Shown in pieces: positions 55,797 through 64,000 of a stretch of 64,000 nt of DNA. A program made the position numbers and the translations under genes. Position 1 is the first letter of the stretch; each line of letters starts with the position of its first letter. The stretch is taken from the NCBI GenBank assembly GCA_949299335.1, contig CASGAD010000014.1:66330-130329 (forward strand), in the 5' to 3' direction. Below the pieces are notes generated by a model, which worked only from the letters and a program-made list of their open reading frames with translations, had not been told where the DNA came from and searched no databases. The stretch is from an uncultured bacterium (GTDB taxonomy: Bacteria > Bacillota_I > Bacilli_A > RFN20 > CAG-826).

Positions 55797-58385
55797 CTAA
55801 ATGTTTTTTAATTTTTCTAAAATTTGGTTAAGTTTACTCTTATAGTTTTCGTATTTTTCTTTTTCAAGATCAATTTTAACTTTTGGAGCTTTTTCAACGA
55901 AGTTTGGATTATTCAATAAACCCTCACTTCTTTTAATTTCAAATTGAACTTGAGCCAAATCCTTCTCTAATCTAGCTTTCATCTCATTTTTATTAATTAA
56001 GTCTTTAACAAACAATGTTAAGTTATCAAGAATAATACTGGTAACACCTTTAATGTTTTCTTTAGTAGTAACTAAAGATTTAGCAAAGCTAAATCTAGCA
56101 ATATAAGGATAAATATCTTCTACATCTAAATTTGTTTTAATATAAAGTTCTAATGGTGCGTTTGGAGCTAATTCATTTTTAACCTTATATTCTCTTAATT
56201 TTTCAATTGCAGCTTTTAATATATCTCCCTTTTTAAGTGAATCTTCAAAGATATATTCATTTTCAAAATCAGGATAAGATTCAAGCATGATAGACTCTTT
56301 ATGATCTGGTAAAGCTAAATAAATCTCTTCTGCAATAAATGGCGAGAATGGATAAATCATCATAATTATTGCTTTTAAAGCTTTAATTAATACAAAATAA
56401 GTTCCTTCTTTATATGCTTTTTCATCTTTTAAAGTAACTTTTGTCATTTCTAGATAAAATGAACAGAAATCATCATAAACAAAATTATATAAATTTGTAC
56501 TAGCAACACCATATTCATATGAATCCATGGCTTTAGTTACATTCTTAATAGTATCTTCTAATCTAGTGAGAATGTATTTATCAATTGTTTCAAGTTTATT
56601 TAAATTTATTTCACCTTGAGAATAGTTTTCAGGCAAATTCATAAGAATATATCGGGCACTGTTCCAAATTTTATTTAAATAATTATTAGCGGATTTAACT
56701 TTTTCTTCGCTATAACGCATATCTAAGCCTGGAGATGCAGTTGTTGCTAAGAAATATCTTAAGCTATCGACACCATAATTATTAATTACATCTATTGGAT
56801 CAATACCATTTCCTAATGATTTTGACATTTTTCTTACTTGAGAATCTCTTACAATTCCATGAATTATGACATTCTTAAATGGAACATTCTTTGTAAAATA
56901 TAGTCCTTGGAAAACCATTCTTGCTACCCAGAAGAAGATAATATCGTATCCAGTGACCATACAATCTAAAGGATAATAACGTTTAAAATCATCTGTATTA
57001 TCTGGCCAACCTAATGTTTCAAAAGGCCATAAAGCGCTTGAGAACCAAGTATCTAAAACATCTTCATCTTGGGTCCGATTTTCCATATCAGTAGGTTTTT
57101 GGGCAGAAACTAGTATTTCATTAGTAGTTTTATGGTAATAAACAGGAATCCTATGACCCCACCATAGTTGTCTTGAGACACACCAGTCATCACATTTTTC
57201 CATCCATTGCTCTAAAACTTTTTCAAATCTTTCTGGGAAAAATTTAATTTTATCTTTTGAAGCTTGTTGATCTAAGACAAGTTGAGCAAGAGGTTTCATT
57301 TTTACAAACCATTGTAATGAAAGAATAGGTTCTACTACAGCATCACTTCTTTCGCTGTGTCCAACTTGGTGTTTAATGTTTTCAATCTTAATCAAATTGC
57401 CTTCTTCTTTAATAGTCTTCACTAATAAATCTCTACAAGCAAATCTATCCATACCAGCGTATTTACCACAATTTTCTTTCATAGTGCCATCAACATTCAT
57501 AATAATTGGATGTGGTAAATTGTATTTTTGACCAATAATCCAGTCATTAGGATCATGAGCTGGGGTACATTTCATTGCGCCAGTACCAAATTGAATATCA
57601 ACATATTCATCTGCAATAACAGGAATTTCCTCATGGTTAGCTGGATTTATAACTTTTTTGCCAACTACATCTTTATATCTTTCATCATTCGGATTAACAA
57701 CAATGCAAGTATCACCAAACATTGTTTCAGGTCTAGTTGTAGCAATTGTTAAAAACTTTGAAGGATTATCTACAAAAGGGTATTTAAAGTAGAAAAATTG
57801 GCCTTCATCTTCTTTATATATAACTTCAATATTACTTAAAGCAGTTTTCATGACTGGATCATAGTTAACAATTTTTTGTCCTCTATAAATAAGTCCTTTA
57901 TTATATAAAGTAACAAAAACTTTGTTAACAGCTTTTGAACAACCAGCATCCAAGGTGAATCTTTCACGAGTATAATCGACCATTATGCCCATTTTCGCCC
58001 ATTGTTCATGAATTTTAGAAGTATATTCTTCTTTCCATTCATAAGCACGTTTCATGAATTCTTCTCTACCTATGATAAATCTTGAAGTTCCTTCACTAGC
58101 AAGTTTAGCATCTACTTTTGCTTGAGTAGCAATTCCAGCATGGTCAACACCTGGTAAAAATAATACATCAAAGCCTTTAGCTTTTTTATATCTACAAGTA
58201 ATATCTTGAATAGTGTTATCGATTGAGTGACCTATATGAAGCTTACCTGTAACGTTTGGTGGAGGAATAACCATAGAAAATTTTTGCTTTGATTTGTCTC
58301 CAGCTGTAAAATAACCAGCTTTCTTCCAAATTTCGTATCTTCCAGCTTCCACTTCTTTAAAATCGTATTTTTTGTCAAGTGCCAT
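55797..58385 (-). CDS. valS: Valine--tRNA ligase
   Basis: HIGH (LHIGH) and KMSKS motifs, C-terminal coiled coil. 862 aa. Confidence 0.95.
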   Translation of the reverse strand: MALDKKYDFKEVEAGRYEIWKKAGYFTAGDKSKQKFSMVIPPPNVTGKLHIGHSIDNTIQDITCRYKKAKGFDVLFLPGVDHAGIATQAKVDAKLASEGTSRFIIGREEFMKRAYEWKEEYTSKIHEQWAKMGIMVDYTRERFTLDAGCSKAVNKVFVTLYNKGLIYRGQKIVNYDPVMKTALSNIEVIYKEDEGQFFYFKYPFVDNPSKFLTIATTRPETMFGDTCIVVNPNDERYKDVVGKKVINPANHEEIPVIADEYVDIQFGTGAMKCTPAHDPNDWIIGQKYNLPHPIIMNVDGTMKENCGKYAGMDRFACRDLLVKTIKEEGNLIKIENIKHQVGHSERSDAVVEPILSLQWFVKMKPLAQLVLDQQASKDKIKFFPERFEKVLEQWMEKCDDWCVSRQLWWGHRIPVYYHKTTNEILVSAQKPTDMENRTQDEDVLDTWFSSALWPFETLGWPDNTDDFKRYYPLDCMVTGYDIIFFWVARMVFQGLYFTKNVPFKNVIIHGIVRDSQVRKMSKSLGNGIDPIDVINNYGVDSLRYFLATTASPGLDMRYSEEKVKSANNYLNKIWNSARYILMNLPENYSQGEINLNKLETIDKYILTRLEDTIKNVTKAMDSYEYGVASTNLYNFVYDDFCSFYLEMTKVTLKDEKAYKEGTYFVLIKALKAIIMMIYPFSPFIAEEIYLALPDHKESIMLESYPDFENEYIFEDSLKKGDILKAAIEKLREYKVKNELAPNAPLELYIKTNLDVEDIYPYIARFSFAKSLVTTKENIKGVTSIILDNLTLFVKDLINKNEMKARLEKDLAQVQFEIKRSEGLLNNPNFVEKAPKVKIDLEKEKYENYKSKLNQILEKLKNI

Positions 58386-58386
58386 A

Positions 58387-58989
58387 CTAATTACCTTCCT
58401 TTACGCATTGATTGATATAATTTTTAAGATTTTCGATACTCTTTTTATCTTCTTTTGATATTAAAAATATATTTTTATTTAAAATCTCATTACCTAACTT
58501 ATTCACTAAGTTTTTATTAATTTTTGATTTCATAGACATATTTAGTTTGTCACATTTAGTCATGCAAATAACAAATTTATAATCGTATGAAAGCAAAAAT
58601 TGATAAAAATCTAAATCATCACTAGTTGGTTCGTGTCTAGAATCAAGTAAAAACACTATTAACTTAAGATACTTATTGTCATTAAAATAGTTTTCTACTA
58701 GTTTTCCATAAAATTCATAGTCGAGTCCTTTTTTAGCACTATAACCATACCCAGGACAATCTACTAAATAAAAAGAATCTTCGACTAAAAAATAATTTAG
58801 TAAACGAGTATGACCAGGATTGCTACTTGTAAAAGCTAGTTTTTTATTATTAGTAAGCGCATTTATTAAACTTGACTTGCCAACATTAGATTTACCAACA
58901 AAAAGAACCTCCTTTAGTCTATCTAAAGGAGCGTCCTTTATGTCAGCGACACTTTTAACAAAACTAGCTTTTTTAAAGTAGAATTCCAT
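58387..58989 (-). CDS. engB: Ribosome biogenesis GTPase EngB/YsxC
   Basis: GKSNVGKSSLINAL, DCPGYGY, TKCDK. Confidence 0.9.
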   Translation of the reverse strand: MEFYFKKASFVKSVADIKDAPLDRLKEVLFVGKSNVGKSSLINALTNNKKLAFTSSNPGHTRLLNYFLVEDSFYLVDCPGYGYSAKKGLDYEFYGKLVENYFNDNKYLKLIVFLLDSRHEPTSDDLDFYQFLLSYDYKFVICMTKCDKLNMSMKSKINKNLVNKLGNEILNKNIFLISKEDKKSIENLKNYINQCVKEGN

Positions 58990-58990
58990 T

Positions 58991-61327
58991 TTAATTAAAA
59001 ATTACCTTGTAAGCGTCATCTACGCTCTTCATGTATACAATTTTAAGATTTGAAGTTATTTCTTCTGGTAATTCAGTTACATTACGTTTATTACCTTCAG
59101 GAATAATAATTTTTTTAATGCCTGTTCTCATAGCAGCCAAGGATTTTTCTCTTAATCCACCGATTGGTAAGGCATTGCCTCTTAAAGTGACTTCACCAGT
59201 CATTGCAATGTTTCCACTAACTGGTTTTTTACTTAAAGCGGAAATTATAGCAATGGTAATTGCCACTCCTGCGGATGGACCATCTTTAGGAATTGCACCT
59301 TCTGGTACGTGCACGTGAATATCATTTTCATCGAAAATCTTCGAATCTATCGAATATTTTGCAGCATTAGCTTTAACATAATCTAAAGCAATTTCGCAGC
59401 TTTCTTTCATAACTTCACCTAATTTACCAGTTAAAATTAATTTACCTTTACCTGGGAAATAGTTTACTTCAATAGGGAGAATTTCTCCTCCGTATTCAGT
59501 ATATGCAAGTCCAGTTACTACACCAATTTGACTGCCTTTTTCTTTAGTAAGTGATTCAAAAATCTCAACTCCTAAATACTTAACAACTTCTTTAGGACCG
59601 ACGACAACTTTTGTAAAGTTCTCATCTTCAAGTTTTTGGATGACAATCTTTCTTAATACACTAGCGATAGCTCTTTCTAAACTTCTGACTCCACTTTCAC
59701 GTGTGTATCTATCAATGATGTAATAAATACCATCGTCAGTGAATTCAACTTCACCTTCTTTCAATCCGTTATTTTCCATTTCTTTTTTAATTAAGAAATC
59801 TTTAGCAATATGTAATTTATCAATAGATGTATATGAAGGAACTGAGATAAGTTCAAGTCTATCAAGTAATGGTCCAGGAATATTTTCGATGTTATTTGCT
59901 GTACAAACAAACAAGACATTACTCAAATCGTAATTTAACTCTAAATAGTTATCAGCAAATTCTTTATTTTGTTCTGGATCTAAAACTTCAAGTAAAGCAC
60001 TTGAAGGATCTCCTTTAAAAGCATCATGAGATAATTTATCGATTTCATCGAGTAAAAATACTGGATTGTTAACCTTCACTTTTCTTAAAGAATTAATAAT
60101 TCTTCCTGGTCTAGAACCTACATATGTTCTTCTATGCCCTCTGATTTCAGATTCATCACTAACTCCACCTAAGGAACATTTAATGAATTTTCTATCTAAA
60201 GCTCTAGCAATCGAACGAGATAATGATGTTTTTCCACATCCAGGAGGTCCATAAAAACATAAAATTGGAGCTTTTAAGTTATCTTTCACTTTTTTAACAG
60301 CAAGATACTCTAAAATTCTTTCTTTAACTTTTTTAAGACCATAATGATCTTCATCTAAAACTTGTTTAGCATGACTTATATCGTTATTGTCTTCGGTCTT
60401 TTCAAACCATGGAACACTTAAAACTATATCAATATAGTCTTGAATTAAAGAATTTTCTAAAGAGCCTTGTGGCATTAATTCTTTACGCTTTAATTCATCC
60501 TTAATCTTAGTTTTAACTTCTTCAGGATAAGGATTCTTTTCAAGCTTATCAGTTACAGAAATTTCATCATTTGAGCTATCTTCACCTAATTCCTTTTTAA
60601 TAGCTCTCATTTTTTCTCTTAAATAATAATCTTTTTGTTGTTTTTCAGAATTATCTTGAACAACTTTCATTATTTTGCGATCAATTTCATGGATTTTTAA
60701 AATCTCATTCATCGCAAGTAATATTCCCATAAGTCTCTTATTGACTGTTTCCGCACCTAAAAGTTCTACTTTTTTAGCTGATGGGATGCTTAAACGATAA
60801 GCTAACGCAATACTTAGGTCTTTTGCATCAAGTCCTTTTGATAATTCATCTTTTAATCCTTCAGCGTATGGACCTTGGAATAAAATATCAAGTCTTGATT
60901 TCTCGATTGTTGAAATAATTTGTTTTACAAGAGAAATTTCTTCTTGAGAGTCACCTAAAACATCATCCATGATAGTGACATGGGCTCTAAAAGTCTTTTT
61001 CTCTTCGACAAGAACTAAGTCGTTAATTTTTACTCTACTAATTCCAACAATTCTTGTTTTTATATCGTTTTTAGCTTGGGAACATTCAACAATTTTACAA
61101 ATAGTTGCAAAATGAAAAATGTCGTCATAACTATTAATATAATCGTTATCAAAATCAACTTGACTTACCACAACGCAATAAGACTCAAAGGATTCCTTTG
61201 AGTCGTTAATTGCATTAATTGAAAAAGGTCTTTGTACACTTAAAGTGGTTTGTTGTTTTGGAAAAGAAACATATCCTCGAGTTATGACTACAGGTAATTC
61301 TAAAGTTGTACCATTAATTAAATTCAT
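58991..61327 (-). CDS. lon: ATP-dependent Lon protease
   Basis: LON N-domain, Walker A motif GPPGCGKTS, catalytic motif KDGPSAG. Start at ATG 61327 with SD AGGAGGTG. Confidence 0.95.
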   Translation of the reverse strand: MNLINGTTLELPVVITRGYVSFPKQQTTLSVQRPFSINAINDSKESFESYCVVVSQVDFDNDYINSYDDIFHFATICKIVECSQAKNDIKTRIVGISRVKINDLVLVEEKKTFRAHVTIMDDVLGDSQEEISLVKQIISTIEKSRLDILFQGPYAEGLKDELSKGLDAKDLSIALAYRLSIPSAKKVELLGAETVNKRLMGILLAMNEILKIHEIDRKIMKVVQDNSEKQQKDYYLREKMRAIKKELGEDSSNDEISVTDKLEKNPYPEEVKTKIKDELKRKELMPQGSLENSLIQDYIDIVLSVPWFEKTEDNNDISHAKQVLDEDHYGLKKVKERILEYLAVKKVKDNLKAPILCFYGPPGCGKTSLSRSIARALDRKFIKCSLGGVSDESEIRGHRRTYVGSRPGRIINSLRKVKVNNPVFLLDEIDKLSHDAFKGDPSSALLEVLDPEQNKEFADNYLELNYDLSNVLFVCTANNIENIPGPLLDRLELISVPSYTSIDKLHIAKDFLIKKEMENNGLKEGEVEFTDDGIYYIIDRYTRESGVRSLERAIASVLRKIVIQKLEDENFTKVVVGPKEVVKYLGVEIFESLTKEKGSQIGVVTGLAYTEYGGEILPIEVNYFPGKGKLILTGKLGEVMKESCEIALDYVKANAAKYSIDSKIFDENDIHVHVPEGAIPKDGPSAGVAITIAIISALSKKPVSGNIAMTGEVTLRGNALPIGGLREKSLAAMRTGIKKIIIPEGNKRNVTELPEEITSNLKIVYMKSVDDAYKVIFN

Positions 61328-61358
61328 TAATTTGCACACCTCCTATAGTTATTAAAGT

Positions 61359-62816
61359 TTACTTTGTTTCTTCTTTTACTTCTTCAGTACTCTTTTTTGT
61401 TGTTTTTCTTGTTGTAGTCTTTTTGGCAGTTGTGCCTTCTTTTGCTTTTGTTGTTGTAGCTTTCTTTGCTGTTTTCTTAGCTGGCTTTTCTTCTACAGTT
61501 GCTGTAGCATCTGCTTTTTTAGCTTCGCCTTCTTCTTTAATATCACCATTATTAGCGATAATAAATCTTTCAATCTTATTTTGATATAAGTTTTCAACAA
61601 TTCTGCTTTCATTAACAGCAAACATCTTTTTAACATCTTCTGCTTTCATGTTGTATTGTTTTGCTACATTTTCATAGTAAGCATCAACTTCACCTTTAGA
61701 AATAGTTAAATGTTCAGCATTTCCTATTTCACCAATAACAACATATTCAGTTAAACGATTTTTTGCATCTTGCTTGAATTGAGCATTAATTTTTTCATCA
61801 TCCATTCCAGTAATTTCTTTATATTGCTCAAATGTTAAACCGTTTTGTTCGATTTGATGAATCATGTCTTCTTTCATTCTATTTGCTTCATCTTCAAGAA
61901 CTTTATCAGCGATTGTGATTTCAGCATTATCACAAATTGTCTTTAAAATTTTTGTAAATTGAGCGTTTTGAGCTTGGTGTTTCTTTTGTTCGAATAAAAC
62001 TTTTTCTTCGTGTTTCTTTAAATCATCAAGAGTCTTAACACCTTCAATATTTAAAGAAGCGACGAATTCTTCGTTTAATTCAGGAACTTTCTTTTCTTTG
62101 ATTTCATGAATCATACAAACAAATTTAGCATCTTTACCAGCTAAATCTTTAACATATTGTTCTGGGAACTTAACTAAAACATCCTTTTTAGATTCACTTG
62201 TAACACCAACTAATTGATCTTCAAATCCAGGAATGAATTGGTTGCTACCTAAAACTAATGAATAGTTATCAGCACTTCCACCTTCAAATTCCTTGCCATC
62301 AATATATCCTTTAAAATCAAATACAACTGTATCACCTTTAGCAGCTGGACCATCTTTTAAAACTAATTCAGAATTATCTGCTAATAAATGATCAATAGCT
62401 TCTTTGACTTCTTTTTCAGTTACATCAGCAACTTCTAAAGGAACTTTGATACCTTTATATTGTCCTAATTTAACTTCTGGATAAGTTGTAACGACAAATG
62501 TAACATCAAATCCATCTTCTTTAACACTAGTAACATTGACTTCTGGATTACCGAATGGTCTAAGTTTGTGTTCTTTTAACGCATCGTTATATGCTGCTGG
62601 TAAGCAAAGGTTAATTGCTTCGTTAATTAAATCAGCTGGATTAATTTTTTGTCTTGCTAATTCGATTGGAGCATTGCCTTTTCTAAATCCTTTTACTTCA
62701 ACTTTGCTTGCTAATCTTTTTAAGGCTTTTTCTTGAGCGTCTTTCCAAGCTGCACCATTAACTGAGGTGCTAACTTCATAAACAGAATTGCCTTTATTGA
62801 CTAATTTTGTAGCCAT
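61359..62816 (-). CDS. tig: Trigger factor with a roughly 60-aa Lys/Thr-rich C-terminal tail
   Basis: N-terminal ribosome-binding motif GFRKGNAP, FKBP PPIase domain. SD GGAGG. Confidence 0.93.
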   Translation of the reverse strand: MATKLVNKGNSVYEVSTSVNGAAWKDAQEKALKRLASKVEVKGFRKGNAPIELARQKINPADLINEAINLCLPAAYNDALKEHKLRPFGNPEVNVTSVKEDGFDVTFVVTTYPEVKLGQYKGIKVPLEVADVTEKEVKEAIDHLLADNSELVLKDGPAAKGDTVVFDFKGYIDGKEFEGGSADNYSLVLGSNQFIPGFEDQLVGVTSESKKDVLVKFPEQYVKDLAGKDAKFVCMIHEIKEKKVPELNEEFVASLNIEGVKTLDDLKKHEEKVLFEQKKHQAQNAQFTKILKTICDNAEITIADKVLEDEANRMKEDMIHQIEQNGLTFEQYKEITGMDDEKINAQFKQDAKNRLTEYVVIGEIGNAEHLTISKGEVDAYYENVAKQYNMKAEDVKKMFAVNESRIVENLYQNKIERFIIANNGDIKEEGEAKKADATATVEEKPAKKTAKKATTTKAKEGTTAKKTTTRKTTKKSTEEVKEETK

Positions 62817-62847
62817 TAATATATACCTCCGAATTTGTACGAAAATT

Positions 62848-62869
62848 ATTATACATTAAAATGTATAAT
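62848..62869. promoter_or_regulatory. 22-bp perfect palindrome that contains the probable tig extended -10
   Basis: ATTATACATT-AA-AATGTATAAT reads TGTATAAT on both strands. The minus-strand copy (62855-62848) sits about 30 nt upstream of the tig ATG. Confidence 0.45.
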
Positions 62870-62931
62870 CTAGTAAAGAAAAACGACGACTTTCAAAGTC
62901 ATACTCGTTTAATCTAACCTGAATTATTTTA

Positions 62932-63873
62932 TCAAAGTTTTAATAAAATACTATGATAATTATCAACTAACTCGATATTTGACTTATCTAAAAAGTATAA
63001 ATAAGTTTCACTATTGTCTAAATTTGCTTTATCTAAGCCTAATAAAGTATTTACATATTCATAAATTGCTACCGCATAAGATGCGCATTCAATGCTATTT
63101 TTTAAAAAATTAGGAGCTAATAAATATGAGCCTTTTAAAAAATATATACTCACTAAATTCAATAAAGTAACATTCTTTTCGTGGGCATAAATAAAGTTCA
63201 TGGCTTCTCTAATCAAATTATTTTGCTCATTTTTCTCAATTACCATATTATGTGGATTTATTTGATAATAATTATTTCCACTTTTACATAAAAAAGTATC
63301 GTTATAATCAACAAAAATCAAATAGTCAAGTAACATTCCATAAACGCAATCTAATTCACATTTATCTTTTAAAATTCCTGAAATAATTAAAGGCAAATTT
63401 ATTTCTTCATAACTTTTATTAGATACTAATTCGTTTAAAGCTGAGGCAACTTTATTTTCATCATTAGACTTTAATAAAGTAATAATTTCTTCGTTAGAAA
63501 AATATTCTTTTGTTTCATTATCTTTTTTAAGTTCATCTACATAATCTTCAAGTTTACATAAGAACTCTTCAGTTTCTTGATTAACATATTTCTTTCCTCT
63601 AAAATATTCGATTTCATCAGATATTTTAGAACTTCTAGTATTTAACTTGATTAATAAATATAAATAGATTTTTATTGATTCTACTAAATTATTGTTTTCT
63701 AAATAATCTCTATAAGTTAAATAGGCATTTAAGGCATTTTGGTAGCATTTTAAAACTATATAGCTTCTTAATAATAAAAATATGGCATTAAAATCATTAA
63801 TAGAAATAGCGCTTTTAATGACTTCTTCATATTTTCCTTGCTTATATAGTTCTAATAAGTCCTTAAATTCCAT
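62932..63873 (-). CDS. Hypothetical helical-repeat (TPR-like) protein, possibly YsoA-like
   Basis: Helical repeat pattern. Lies upstream of tig, as the TPR protein YsoA does in B. subtilis. Confidence 0.45.
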   Translation of the reverse strand: MEFKDLLELYKQGKYEEVIKSAISINDFNAIFLLLRSYIVLKCYQNALNAYLTYRDYLENNNLVESIKIYLYLLIKLNTRSSKISDEIEYFRGKKYVNQETEEFLCKLEDYVDELKKDNETKEYFSNEEIITLLKSNDENKVASALNELVSNKSYEEINLPLIISGILKDKCELDCVYGMLLDYLIFVDYNDTFLCKSGNNYYQINPHNMVIEKNEQNNLIREAMNFIYAHEKNVTLLNLVSIYFLKGSYLLAPNFLKNSIECASYAVAIYEYVNTLLGLDKANLDNSETYLYFLDKSNIELVDNYHSILLKL

Positions 63874-63874
63874 A

Positions 63875-64000
63875 TTACTTACTCCCTAATTTATTAAGTA
63901 ATTCTTTAGCGGCAGATTCAGGAATTATCTGCATCAACTCTTCAATTTTAGCATTTTTTAATTCGTTTATCGATGGGTAAGCTTTAATTAAGGCTTCTTT
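63875..64000 (-). CDS. 3' end of a gene encoding a helix-hairpin-helix C-terminus (UvrC-like); 5' part lies outside the window
   Basis: Hand translation gives KEALIKAYPSINELKNAKIEELMQIIPESAAKELLNKLGSK*, which resembles the (HhH)2 tail of UvrC. Stop TAA at 63875-63877. Confidence 0.4.
   Translation of the reverse strand, partial: KEALIKAYPSINELKNAKIEELMQIIPESAAKELLNKLGSK

Noticed and set aside
1795-61339. Longer N-terminal extensions offered by the ORF track, with starts at 1795, 8365, 20384, 35188, 39140, 43227, 46994, 55124 and 61339.
   Set aside because: These starts overlap the upstream gene or the SD itself, and some use GTG or TTG. An internal ATG with a proper SD gives the canonical conserved N-terminus in each case. 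aspS remains ambiguous.
3498-62736. Many 60-110-aa ORFs in the track lie antisense to, or out of frame within, larger genes. Examples: 1-288, 15-272, 3498-3686, 5637-5966, 8047-8280, 10451-10690, 11167-11451, 11653-11928, 12125-12316, 21612-21824, 27156-27362, 29621-29863, 36832-37023, 42113-42382, 42983-43174, 44097-44282, 45346-45606, 50675-50869, 50724-50945, 57528-57752, 59031-59318, 59739-59933, 60066-60254, 62536-62736.
   Set aside because: Each is fully embedded in a well-supported conserved gene. They lack ribosome-binding sites and have the low-complexity composition typical of shadow ORFs.
1-64000. Mycoplasma-type genetic code (TGA = Trp).
   Set aside because: All conserved proteins are full length under the standard code. 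Trp positions use TGG (for example WW in GlyRS), and TGA ends several genes (mtaB, recO, glyQS) at the expected lengths.
1-64000. CRISPR arrays, rRNA or tRNA genes, IS elements, integrases other than Xer, and prophage or defence islands.
   Set aside because: None were seen. All gaps longer than 100 bp were read on both strands and contain only promoters, terminators, the dif-like site and the repeats reported above.

Overview
Strongly AT-rich chromosome segment that uses the standard code: TGA terminates several genes and Trp is TGG. It looks like a low-GC Firmicutes or Acholeplasma-like (Mollicutes-related) organism. About 65 tightly packed genes are present, almost all core housekeeping. 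Gene order closely follows what I recall of the Bacillus subtilis yqe/yqf/yne/ysx regions. On the + strand: dnaJ, rsmE, mtaB, rpmF, deoC, rpsU, ybeY-cdd-era-recO, glyQS-dnaG-sigA-trmK-nif3, a DEAD-box helicase, nfo, rpmG, efp, parE-parC and yqeG-yqeH-yhbY-yqeK-rsfS. On the - strand: tig-lon-engB-valS, rplU-prp-rpmA-obg, ruvAB, secDF-recJ-relA, hisS-aspS, tkt, asp23-nusB-xseA-xseB, dinB-xerD-deoB and two ABC transporter genes. I saw no rRNA, tRNA, CRISPR array, transposase or prophage. Transcription converges on a 258-bp gap (31307-31564) that holds a 28-bp dif-like site, so the window probably spans the replication terminus. The signals that ordinary annotation does not explain are as follows. 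(1) A family of five arrays of TAGTA direct repeats with an exact 11-bp period, usually starting at a stop codon. (2) A full-length IspH/LytB-like ORF at the syntenic ispH position in which all three Fe-S cysteine ligands read as Ser, while nearby ispG looks intact. (3) A peptidase-C39 plus membrane-domain protein with no ATPase domain, inserted in the rpsU-ybeY slot. (4) A 60-aa peptide with a double-glycine-type leader. (5) A His/Cys-rich tail on HisRS. (6) An orphan PemK/MazF-like ORF next to dif. (7) Three apparently leaderless genes. All functional calls rest on motif recognition by eye and remembered family motifs and synteny; no database search was run.
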